From Gordius albopunctatus (taxonomy: Eukaryota), in assembly GCA_964276515.1 (NCBI GenBank), contig OZ193909.1, forward strand, positions 18,848,001 through 18,912,000: a stretch of 64,000 nucleotides of DNA, given 5' to 3'. This document shows positions 48,391-60,362 of this stretch, piece by piece (the stretch's first letter is position 1; every line of letters begins with the position of its first letter). The notes beneath the pieces were generated by a model, which saw only the letters and a program-made list of their open reading frames with translations, was not told the origin of the DNA and ran no database searches. Position numbers and translations under genes: made by a program.

Positions 48391-49713
48391 GGTTCCCCCG
48401 CACAATCCCGAAAACGCAGAATCCCGAATATCGAATACGTTTTTCCGCAAATTTCAACATATGGAAAATTTGGAAAACTCTTTAACTATTGCAAATCAAG
48501 ATAACAAAGAGAATATAAGTAAGCTTTATTATGCAAGTATACACATATTGTTATAGGTTTTAAAAAATCTAATAGAAAAAATGATATAGTCACTTTCAAA
48601 AAGTTTGACTATATCAAGATCAGAGCAGGTAAGATGGGACAAGTATACTATAAGTGCAGGCACTACAGTATATGTAAATGCCCAGGAAGAGCTGTCCTTA
48701 GATATAATAATTTTATGATAACATCAGAACATTCCCAAAATTGTATACAAAAACAAAATCTCCAAAGTAAGAAACTTAAAAGTTTTTTAATACAAATTTA
48801 GCTTTGAATGAAAAAACAACAAGTGTTAAGGTTATAGAAAATATCTTTACACGCATAGAAAATCAAGAAAGTAAGATATGTCTATAATTTTTTGAGATTT
48901 TTTTAAGATTCTAGTTAAGGTGCAATTTTATTAAACTCAGTGAATGATATAATACCAAGTAATAATAAAGGAATATCAGAGGAATACTGAAACAAAAATA
49001 ACACAAATCAACAATGGAAATATATTGTTTAAAGTTAAAAGGAAAATGGAAACAAATGCTAAAAAAGTGATACGCCTACAAACTCTTTATAAAAATAATG
49101 AAATTGATTTTTATGAATTTTTAGATACTATATGTAATTATATAAAAATATGAACAATAAAACATGTAATAAAAGCAATAAGATTAGTACTAGCAACAAT
49201 TGAATTGATATATTTTTGCAATGCTCTGTATAATGTTCAACATGTAAATAATTCACAATATGCGGATAAGAAAAAATATCAACATTATTAATATCATTTT
49301 TAAAATAATGATTCCAACAACTTCAACTAATGATTTAATATTTTCTAATATTGAAATAATTTATTTTCCTTAGTTAATGTGTAACATATTAGCATCAGTT
49401 ATTTCTTGAAGGGCTAACAAGTTATAAATAATTTTCTCTTGATACAACAATTTATATGATTATTATATAAGGTTACTTCTGAGATGTCATTCAGTGGTTG
49501 AAACTTGGTTATAGCTAAGGTTGACAATGCTAATAAATAAAAAAATTAATCCATGTCTAAAAATTATACTTTTATATGGTATAATAAGATGAGGCTCAAA
49601 TTTAAAAATTTTAAAATGAAACGAATTGAAAAATATCATATGGTAATTTCAAATTGTAGCCATAGCCTTATCGTAGTTTCGGGATTGTGAGGTTTTGGGA
49701 ATATGCGGGTTCC
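48391..49713 (+). mobile_element. Decayed MULE-like DNA transposon
   Basis: Imperfect TIRs rich in AATCCCGAA (48391-48428 versus ~49677-49713); 9-bp flanks AATTAATAA and CATTAATAC (7/9); interior shows only weak transposase-like peptides. Confidence 0.5.
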
Positions 49714-51229
49714 CATTAATACATAACATCAAGTTGTTTAATTTTAAATTTGTTTTTAATGGGTGAAATTCTTTTATCAATTACTGAATTTACAAGTTAG
49801 TTATTCTGACTTATTAATAAAATACAAAATTGTCTTTTAGATCTTAATAATGTACCAATACCATCAAAATTTAGTCGTAGATATGGCAAGGCCCAACAAC
49901 TTGCATAAAAAATATATGAATGTAGATATGGTTAAAGGTCCTAAAAGCACTAAGAAATTATTCTATGCATCAAACAGTGTTTGTTATTGTAATGATTTTA
50001 TTAATCAAGGGTTAAGTTCAGAATATAAAAGAGGAAAACTGAAACACAAAACATTTTGTTGCAATTTGTTACAAATCATATGAATAAGATTATGGACATA
50101 TGTATTTATTAATAACAATTGTCGTCGAAACATAAAACATAATCGTCACAGTTAGGAACAGAATTGTAAATGGTATATATAATTCAATTTGTCATAATTA
50201 TGTTTTAGACAAAGAAAATATGCCCAAACTTTGTACACTATATATGACGGTCCCAAGTTGCAAAAAGTTGAGGGGTGGCGTCAAATCGGGAAGCGGCTTT
50301 AAAATCAGCTCCAATATCATGATAGTTTCAAACAAAACTTTCCAACAGAAAGCTAGGGCATCCTCCATAAACGACGTGCACAGCATGTCTTGCCCGTGCA
50401 ATGTGAAAAATACTTTAGGGTTACTGTCTGACTCAAGACGAAGGCGGTTAAGAAAATAAGTTGTGGAAAGAATAATGTGAGCAAGTTGAATGGAAAGAGA
50501 TCGAGGTCGCACAATATAAACTCTTCTACAATGTGTCAACAAATCGTAGAGATGGGACTTTATCGTTCTAAGCCAATTGTTCAAGGACAAGATGATGGAA
50601 GTCAAGCGTTGTTCAGACGGTTAAGATTTCAGATCAAGGGGGTCTCATAACCATTATGTGCGCGTATACTCCTCATATTGGGTGTATGGAATCAAAGAAA
50701 GACATATAATTCGATTATTAAAATAGGAAATACAAGGAATAGGACATGAAAAAAAAATATTTGGGGGCCGATTTCAACGCTCACATAGGGAAACATCGCC
50801 TCCAGTAAGAACCATGGAGGCCATCGGCATGGTATGAAGAACAAAGAAGGGGTTTAAACGTTTTGGCGGCAAAAGCGATGCCAATCGTTGACGTCCCGAA
50901 CCTCGCTCCCCTCCCCATCGTAGTGGTAGCGGTGGTTATTATCAGACTCAAAGGTTTCTCGGTTCTTCTCCCCTACAACATAAACGAAGCAGGAACTCGG
51001 TACGATCTTAAGCAGCCACCTACATGCCGGGTCAACCTAATGTCAACTCTCGGATGCGTCCGCCGGTCCCGAGGGAAGGGCCTATCAAACATTTTGATAA
51101 CAGTAGCGGGGTAGATGGAAAATTGAGACTGGGGTTCCAAGAAGCCCCTAATTACTACTTTTCCAACCATCCTCATCAACAACAGCAGCACAATGAACCG
51201 GGGAGGCTCACCTTCCCGAGTCGGTTATA

Positions 51230-51712
51230 ATAGCTTGGGTAGTTTGATTTTGGACGTTAATAACTCACAGGGAGCTATAGTCTCACGTTCAAGTCTTGTG
51301 TCATACCAGGTGGAATTTGAAGGTAGATTGCGGAGGAAACATGCCGATCAGCTTAGGAATAGGAGTGCCGTTGGCACAATTTAATTATCTTCTACACTAG
51401 TAGAGACATCTTCTCAACAACATGTTGACCAGAACTTTTAGCGAATAAAAGCTTAGCAGAACAAAGTCAAGAACGTAGTAGCCGCCCTAAACGGCAAGTT
51501 CGCCCCCCTTCCAAACTTATTGATGAAATCTAACTCGCACTCCTTCCAGACTTATTGAGAAAATCTACTCTTTTAAAGAAACGGCGTATGTTGTATATAT
51601 ATAAGAAGTGTTATAAATAGATTACAAACACTACCACCAAACATAAATATCTTTTGTATTCTTAGAACTTGTGATTCGATTAGTTAAAATAAAGTATTAT
51701 TCAGATTCAACA
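51230..51712 (+). mobile_element. Ty3/Gypsy retrotransposon 3' end with short LTR
   Basis: Integrase C-terminal-type peptides GAIVSRSSLVSYQVEFEGRLRRKHADQLRNR and RSSRPKRQVRPPSKL, a purine-rich tract, then TGTTG...CAACA (51589-51712, 124 bp) containing AATAAA. Confidence 0.65.
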
Positions 51713-51822
51713 TTTTGGAATCAATCTGTTATAGAATTTTATTGAAAGAAAAAAATTCTATAAAGACGGTGGCACAAATCAAAAAAGTCGGAGGATTATC
51801 AAGAGTATAGGGAGGCAAAGAG

Positions 51823-51897
51823 GGGGGCGTGGTGGTGTAGTGGGTATAAGTTTAGACTTTGAAGCGCGAGGTTGCTGGTTAGATTCCACTTCCGGCA
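51823..51897 (+). other. tRNA-derived (tRNA-Gln-like) Pol III promoter head of the RTE element
   Basis: A-box TGGTGTAGTGG (51833-51843), anticodon-like loop CTTTGAA (51857-51863) and B-box GGTTAGATTCC (51877-51887). The stems do not form a proper cloverleaf. Confidence 0.7.
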
Positions 51898-54868
51898 TTA
51901 ATTTCAAAGTTTAAAAATATCTCACATCGTCAACACGGCTGTCAGGCTTGGATAGCCGAGCGTCACTCCTGATCCAAGTGCTATGAAAGTTCGTAATAAT
52001 GAAAGTAATAAAAGCGCTAGGGCGTCCTCCGTAAACCACGCGCATGGAAGGCGCCCGTATCATGTGAAAAGTCAACGAGGGTCACTACATCTTCCGCAAA
52101 CGGATGTAGTTTAAGAAACTAGTTTGCTAAGGACGAGATTGAGAGTAGGCTCGCAAAATGTTGGAACGATGACTGCAAAATGCCGAGAAGTTGCTGACAC
52201 CCTCAGCAAGCGATGGGTCGATATAGCATGTATACAGGAAACAAGATGGAAAGGCGCTAAAGCAAGGATGATAGGTGAAGGCTATAAACTTTACTTCAAT
52301 GGCCTAGAAACGAATAAAAATGGCGTGGCAATCATACTAGCCTCACATCTGCAAGATAAAGTCATTGAGGTACAAAGAAAAAGTGGGCGACTCATGATGT
52401 TGATACTATGCATAGAAGATCAAATGATTAATATAGTTTCCGGATATGCTTCGCAAACAGGATGCACAGATGAAGAAAAGGAGGAATTTCGGGAAGAATT
52501 AGACAAAATGCTGCGAATGATACCCAGAGCCAAGATAGTTATAATTAGAGCAGATATGAATGGTCACGTAGGCAAAACAAGAGAAGGATTTGAACGGTAC
52601 CATGGTGGAAATGGATACGGAGCGAGAAACGACGAAGGCAACAAAATATTGAAAATAGCCTTGTCATTTAATTTGGTCATCACAAATACGTTCTTCAAAA
52701 CGAATGTAAATCACCTAATAACGTACACAAGTGGAAATCGATCTTCGCAGATTGACTTCCTCCTAATATCAAGAAAGGAATTAAAGAATTGGGAAAATCA
52801 AATGGTTCTGGCTACCAAAATTGAAAGATATTTACAATGATCAAATAGTTGAACGGCTGCAAATAGATGATCAGCAGAATGCTAACGATATGTGGAATAA
52901 CATAGCTAACACGGTACGATCAGTAGCGAGATGTGTTCTAGGAGAAGGTAAACCAGGTATACAAAAAGATAAGGAGACATGGTGGTGGAACGAACACGTG
53001 CAACGCCTGGTCAAGTTGAAAAGAAAGCTTTACAAATTATGGTCAGGCAACAGAAATGAGGAAACACAATTGGCATATGTGAAAGCTAAAAATGAGCAAA
53101 ACGTTGTGTAGCCAAGGCCAAAACAGAGGTCTACGAGAATTTGAATGCCAAGTTAACCAGTAAAGAAGGGGAAAGAATGATCTACAAAATCGCAAAGACC
53201 AGGGCAAGGACTCAGAGGACGTGGTAAACGTGAAAACCATAAAGAGCAAAGATGGAATCACTCTAACTCTGGACCATCAAATCATAGATCGTTGGGAAGA
53301 ATACTATAAAGAATTATTAAACAGTGAAAATGGGTTTTCGGACTACTGCGATAGCAAGAACTATGAATATGACCCAGAGTTAGAAGTGACAGAAAAAGAG
53401 GTTCACCAGGTGCTTAAAAAGATGACCATGGGTAGAGCGGTGGGACCTGATATTATACCTATGGAAGCTTTCAAAATGCTAGGACCCTTAGGTGTACATC
53501 TACTTGCAAAGCTGTTTAACAAAATACTTGCAAGTGGTACGATGCCTGTTGAGTGGAGGGAAAGCTATGTTATACCTATCCATAAATTGAAGGGAGATGT
53601 ACAAGAATGCAACAACTATCGAGGGATAAGGTTAACGAGTCACGTAATGAAGGTATGGGAAAAGGTTATAGAAGCTAGACTCCAAAAAATAATATCAATA
53701 GATGAACGACAATTTGGGTTCATGCCTGGAAAGTCGACTTCAGATGCAATACATGGTCTTAGGAGACTTATGGAAGTATATAAGGAAAAACAAAAGGATC
53801 TTCATATGTGTTTCATCGATCTTGAGAAAGCTTTCGATAAAGTGCCAAGGCAGTTGATATGGGATAGCCTGAGTTCCAATGGTGTACCCGAGGCTTATAT
53901 AATGTTAATAAAGAATATGTATAGAAACGCAAAAACCAAAGTACGGACATCCAGTGGGACATCAAAGGGATTCAGTCTAAATGTCAGTGTGCATCAAGGA
54001 TCGGCCCTAAGTCCATTGCTCTTCATAACAATAATGGATTCGATAACGAAGGACCTGAAACGGGGATCACCTTGGGCATGCTCTTTGCGGATGATATCGT
54101 CCTGTGCGCAGGCTCAAACGTGGAATAAGCTGAGCAGGTAAAAGTGTGGATGGAACGAATTGAAAACAAAGACCTTAGGGTCAGCCGAGATAAAACTTAA
54201 TAAGTATGGTTGGAATCTGGGAATGAATACAAAGAAGCACACCTGCAAATCGATGACTGGTGTTTAAGAAGCAGGAAAGAATTCAAATATCTTGGTTTTA
54301 GAGTACAATGTGATGGTGGTGTGGAAAACGAAATTAAGGCAAGAATAAACGCAGGCTGGCTAAAATTCAGGGAGTTGAGTGGTGTCCTATGTGACAAGCA
54401 CATACCACTCAGATTGAAAGGACGGTTATATAACACCGTTATTGAACCCACGGTATTGTATGGAGCGGAAACCTGGGCAATTAAGGAAAAAGAGGAGCAA
54501 TGCTTGACTACAATGGAAATGCGAATGTTGAGATGGATCTTGGGAATAAGCAAAAAGGACCATATAAGGAATCAAGACATAAGGGATAAACTAAATGTAT
54601 TTCCGATTCAGAGAAAGTTGGTGGTAAGAAGATTGAGATGGTATGGCCATTTGGAGAGACGGGAGGAAAGTCACTTGGCAAATCGTATCAAGAAAGTGCA
54701 AGTCGAAGGTAAGCGAAAGAGAGGGAGGCCTAAACTGACATGGAAGCATAAAATTGATATGGACTTAAAAAGCTGTGAGCTAAAGCGAAGCTGGTGTAAG
54801 TGCAGGAATACATGGAGAACCTACTTGAAAGAGCTGACCACTAAATGTGATAAACAGTTATAGAAAAA
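51823..54868 (+). mobile_element. Near full-length RTE-clade LINE (APE endonuclease + RT), inactivated
   Basis: ORF pieces 52124-52840 (CIQETRW, SQIDF), 52821-53111, 53221-54141 (FIDLEKAFD, HQGSALSPLLF), LFADD in a shifted frame at ~54081, and 54210-54863 (RLRWYGH, RKRGRP). 14-bp TSD AGGGAGGCAAAGAG at 51809-51822 and 54869-54882. Confidence 0.93.
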
Positions 54869-55287
54869 AGGGAGGCAAAGAGAGCCACAAAAAAGGCTGT
54901 TGTAATAGTGAAGAATGCCGCGTACACCCAGATGAATAGCAACTGGACCATTACAGGGGCCACTGGCTTATGTACGAATTCTTCAAGATAAGAGAGAAGA
55001 AAATTCGCGATGTCCGACTCCTTAAAATAGTTAAAAACGAGAAGGGTCAAACCTTATGTAAGCTTAAAGAAGTTATCTAAAGGTGGATAGATATTTCATG
55101 GAACATATGCGATATTCAGCCAAACATAAGTATGGTCAAACTATTTCAGGAGTATGAAGTTACGACACATATGAACAAGATGCAAAAAGGAAAAGCTATT
55201 TGCCTAGATGGAATTTCTATGAAAAAAGGAAATGTAATGTCCCATGGCTTATAGAATACAAGGATTTGGATCGTGTAACAATAATCA

Positions 55288-58200
55288 GGCCATGGCTACA
55301 CCTACCATTTATTTTAGTAAGTGCAACCATTTTCAAAAATGCGTTTCTTATGATTACCATTACGAACACGTTCGGTAAGTAAGTAAGTAAGTAAGTTTGC
55401 CGCGAAGACGCCCAAGAGCTTAGTTAGTGAAATCTAAGGTTGAGCCCCTTCTAACGCCAAATAGCGCATCAGGCCACGTTAGTGATAACGTGTGTAAGTA
55501 GGCTGTAAAAAAAGATTAACATGCAGTGTAATTATGACATGTAAATATGTAATACCTGTTGACTTGAAAGTAATGTAAAGCCTTTAATGCAAGGTCGTAA
55601 ATGAATAGTGCGTGAGAAGATCCTTACTGGGGGAGCCGCAATAATTTGTTCTTTGAGAAGTCTTTCCAACGTTTCCTGTCTTGCATGATGGGCAGCAATG
55701 AATTCCAATCATGACCCATTGTTTGGACATCGCGGAACAACTTGTAAAGCCAGCTGCCATTGCATTTGCGACCTTTTAGCTGAGGTGGACACCAGAACAG
55801 GGAAGATAGACAGTAGTTGGTTCCCTTCCTCCGCACTTGATGAGCCAAAAAACCCCATTTTCTCGCGAGTAGAATATTTTTAATTGGAGCGATTTTGCAA
55901 CGCACCCATAGATCCTCGTTGGTTATTCTCAACGGATAAAATTCCGGCAAACGATACGTAGCATTTTATTAAGACTGACTTGCAGTTTCTTTAAGCTAGG
56001 AGCCTTCAGCGACCAAGATTCGCAACCGTATAGGAGGATTGGTAGGATCGTGACTTTGAAAATCCTCAAACGCGTCTGGAGCGTCAGTTGACGTGAGCGC
56101 CATATCACCGAGCAATAGTAGAATTTGACCATGGTCCGGCGGAGCTTCGATTCGGCATCCGGTTCGGCGTAGGTATCTGGAGTAAGCTCCACTCCCAAAT
56201 ATCGGACTTTTTTGAGATGCATTTATTACGATGTTGTTGATTACCAGAGTAGAGTTCGAGGGATCGTTTATGCATATCATTGAGCATTTGTCGAGGTTTA
56301 TAAGCAGTCCTGCTTGCTTGGCTTGGATGCTGAACCTGTCTAACATTAGTTGTGCTTTGGAGATAGAAGGGGCCACTGGACAAATGTCGTCTGCGAACAA
56401 CAGGGATGATAGAGTAGTGCCGTTTAGTTTGATACCATCTGTCGGAAGTGTGGATCTCTTCATTATTAGATCCATCGCAATTATAAAGAGGAGAGGGGAC
56501 AGCGGACAGCCTTGCCTGACACCAGATGTTACTGGTAAGGGTTCCGATTTGTGGTGGAGGTGAGAGATAACTAGTTTCATGTTTTCGTAGAGTAGAAAGA
56601 TCATGAGAATTATTTTCTTAGGCAAGCCTAAGAGGCATAGTGCTTCCCAAATGTATAGATGGCACAGCAAATCAAAAGCTTTAGCGATGTCCAAAAACAG
56701 AAGAACCAAAGGGGAACCGCTTGTCCTTGAAATATCCATTATGTTCCTTAAAGTTATTATGTTCTCTGTCGTCGTACGGCACTTCCTAAAACCAGTTTGA
56801 TTGTTTTTAATTATTTCATCCACCTCGCTGTAAATTCGATTGTAAATAACCTTGATGAATATTTTTGATTCAAGGTTAATGATAGTCACGCCCCGGTAGT
56901 TGTTGGGATTGGATGGATCACCTTTTTTAAAAAGTTTGATCAAGTGACCTATTGTCCAGGAGTCCGGTATTACCTCTTTCGTCCAAACTTTCCGAAACAA
57001 GTGGTGCAAAAGAGAGCTAGAGATAAGGGGGTCGGCTTTGAGTGCTTCCGAGGTTAGGCCTGACGGGTCGGCCGCTTTGTGGAATTTGAGTGACTTGATA
57101 GCTCTGTCAATTTCAGATAAATAGGGTGGGTCCGTATCGATGTGGAGGGGTGGTGGGCCTTTGAAGTTAACGATAGATCCTCTGTATATATCCACTACAG
57201 GGAATAAGGGCTGGGCCGATAAAATTGAACGAAAATGATCTTCCCAAGTTTTGGTTTGGGCCAAGGAGTCGTTTGAGCCGCCAACTGTGCTTATGCTATT
57301 GTAGGCTCGTTTGGAGAATGTGTTATAGTTAAGGCTGTCTAGAATGGTAAATAGCTGGTGATTGTTATTGGAACGTGCTGCCGCTTCGGCCTCTGTGGTT
57401 TTTGCGTTAATAAACGCAATTTTATCTTGTCTGATGATGGAATTAATCCGCTTGCTGAGAGCGGATAAGCATGCGTTTTTGAAAGGAAACTCATTTCTAT
57501 CACAGTAGATGTTAGATTTTGTCTTGAGGAGCCCAATTGTTTTTTCTGAAAACCATGTCTTTGTTCTAATTCGACACTGGTCCTTCAAGGGAATTGCAAA
57601 TATTTCAGATATTTTTATGCTGTGGTGGTTTATCGACAGGTCGGAGAGATTGCTATTTTGGATTTTTAGGTTAAGGTGGTCCCTAAATTCAGTGGTTTGG
57701 GACAGACCTTGGGGCCTTATTTTGGGGGGTTTGCGTGTCGAAGGAACACGTAGGGTGGCTGCTTTCAGCACTAGTTCAGCGGCTATTGCACAATGATCGG
57801 CGTCATCGGTGAGGGGGTCCACGATTACATGAAAGTTTTTGACTATTTTTAGATGTCTTGCCCTACAGATCAGATGGTCTATTTGGCTTGATTGCAAGTT
57901 GTTTTTTTTCCGGAAGGTGGCCAGCCGATTATAGGGAAGATCTGAGAAAGTTGAAGTAATTCGCCAATTTCCCATATTGCACCATTTTTTTAGAATAATA
58001 CCGTTTTTGTTGTTGGAGCCTAGGGTGTTAGGGCCTATTAAATTATGGTTGTCACGGTCAGTGCGCCCGACGGATGAATTCAAGTCGCCAATTATAGTTG
58101 GCACCGACTTGCGGCTTAATTCTTTGATTTTGTCAAAGAGAAGACTGAAAAATTTGTTAATAACCTTAGTTTTGTAGAAGGATGTAGGGGCATAAACATT

Positions 58201-60338
58201 TATCACCGACAACACACGTACCCCTATTGTTAGATTGATTATAAGAATCTTTTCATTTACCCAGTCGATACTCAGAACGGGAAGACGTTTATTTATGAAA
58301 GTCGAAACCCCTGTTGCTGGATTATCTGTAAAACCCACGTGGTAAAGGGTGTACTCTGAGCTGCTGTCGATCCTACGGTAATTTGTTTGTTTACGTGGCA
58401 AGAATAGCCATTTGTAAAACAACATGGATGACAAATGTAAAAAACAAACAAGAGAGTATGCCTATATCTAAAAACAACTTTAAAATCCTCTTCTTGGGAT
58501 TCATTAAATTATGCACAGGTATATTAATTTTAAATTTATTTATATTGATTTAGATTCTCAAGCTGATATTCCTGAAATAGAGACAGCTTGAAAAAATGCT
58601 TTACCATTTGTTCTTAATTTTAATATATTGAAAAAATGATGTAATATTTGATAATATCAAAATTTGTCCATAATTACGAAATAAATATTGAGTTTCCAGA
58701 CAATTAGTATTTGATTTTGATTATTTTTAACTTAATATTTGATAATATGAACATTTGTCCATAATTTAGAAATAAATATTGAGTTTCCAAACTTAAGCCA
58801 TTAATATATTAAAATAATTTGACTGCTTATAACTTAATATTTGAAAATATCAACATTTATCCATAATTTAAAAATGTATAGATCATTTTAGTAAATTTTA
58901 ACACAGGTGGAAGAGTTTTTTGCACTAGTTAAATAATATAAAAATGAGAATTGTATATATGTCTAGGTTCTTATTTAACTTTATTGATAAATCTTACCTT
59001 TAATGTGTTAAGTAAACTAATAAATTGATAAAAGACTAATAAATAATTTAGTATAAAATGCATCTTTTATTAATCATAAATAATAATATCAAAATGTATC
59101 CCTCATTTTAATAAATTTGGGAATTTTAACACAGGTGGAAGAGTTTTTTGCACTTCAATAGGTTTGCTTTTCTGCTTAATGATTAATCCTAAAAAGATTG
59201 TATAATATAATTAATATATATTAATTTACTAGTGTCCTTTTTCAATCTACCATTGCCTTTCCTAAACTTTGGAGGCATTTTAATAGACTTGAATCTATTT
59301 TCAATACCTAAAAAGTATACATCAGTTTAAATTTAATTACTTTTTAGAAAAAGCTGTTGAGAATCACTAACATGATAATTATTAGTAACTATGTTGGATT
59401 GTTGAGGATTGGCTACATCTTAAGAAATTAACAATAAACCTTAAGTTACATGCAGCCATTCTGAAAATGTCAGGGACATAACGTTGTAACATATTATCTT
59501 TGAAATGTTCAATACCAATTAAATACATATTAATGAATACCACCTATAGAAAATAGTTTAAAATCACCATTTTAAATATTACCTCTAGAAATTTTGAAAA
59601 TATTTTTTGCTGTTCTTTGATTTGTGCAAATCTTTACTCCCCCCCTTTAACACAGCAATATTTTATTGATTTTTATTTAAATCTTGTTATTATATCTTGA
59701 GCATATTTATCTTTGTCTAATGACAAATTGATGAATATTTTGTTTTCATATTCTGCCTAAGCTTTCAGAAAATCAAATATTGATTTGAAATAATGTCCAG
59801 AAGTTTCTTTCTATAGTGTAGCGGATGTCAATTTCCGAGAAATAAGTTCACAACTAAGTTCCGATGAGTCAATCAATCAATTGCACGTTATCAATTTATT
59901 TTCGTAGAATTGAATCCAGTGACGTCCTTCATGGAAGCGCATCGATTAATTAAATCTTCCAAGAATATTATCGATTTTTCCAATAATAATGATTATGTAT
60001 TTTATAATTATATAAACTCAATGTGTACGCAATTATAATGAGTCGAATAATTACAGCAAGATGAATTGTATTCTATGTTCCAAAATTATCATTGTGTAAA
60101 ACTACTCTCTGGCATCAAAATGGCGATATAATACTTTTTAAAAAATTGTACTTACCATCTTTATACAATTGAATAACCCTAGGCAATTGAAATCAAGCAA
60201 AAAAGAAAATGCGCAATTTATTTCTAAACAACGATATTATAATACGAACATTTTTTGATCGGAAAATGGTAATTATAAGAAACGCATTTTTGAAAATGGT
60301 TGCGCTTACTAAAATAGATGGTAGGTGTAGCCATGGCC
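55288..60338. mobile_element. Mutator-like (MULE) DNA transposon with 74-bp TIRs and a 9-bp TSD
   Basis: TIRs 55288-55361 and 60265-60338 (3 mismatches in 74; termini GGCCATGGCTACACC); perfect TSD CAATAATCA at 55279-55287 and 60339-60347. Confidence 0.9.
55379..58375 (-). mobile_element. 5'-truncated RTE-like LINE inserted in the MULE
   Basis: Endonuclease and RT in ORF 55996-58434 (VYAPT, GDLN, QIDH, GVRQGCPLSPLLF, LFADD); frameshifted C-terminal pieces at 55929-56222 and 55624-55950; (CTTA)5 tail at 55376-55395; possible TSD CGGTAA (55373-55378, 58376-58381). Confidence 0.9.
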
Positions 60339-60362
60339 CAATAATCACATTTTAAATATTAT

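Larger units (their letters stand above)
50370..55287 (+). mobile_element. Old fragmented RTE LINE that hosts two later insertions and abuts a MULE
   Basis: Endonuclease remnants at ~50590-50860 (TIMCAYTPHIGC, GADFNAHIG); linker at 51713-51822 and 54883 onward (EDYQEYREAKR|ATKKAVVIVKNAAY reads through the younger LINE's TSD); pre-RT remnant MNKMQKGKAICLDGIS. Confidence 0.7.

Noticed and set aside
51823..51897. Functional tRNA-Gln gene
   Set aside because: The acceptor and anticodon stems do not pair, no T4 terminator follows, and it lies inside a LINE TSD; treated as a tRNA-derived head.
58643..58870. CRISPR-like repeat array
   Set aside because: Degenerate tandem units in eukaryotic TE DNA, with no identical repeats, unique spacers or cas genes.
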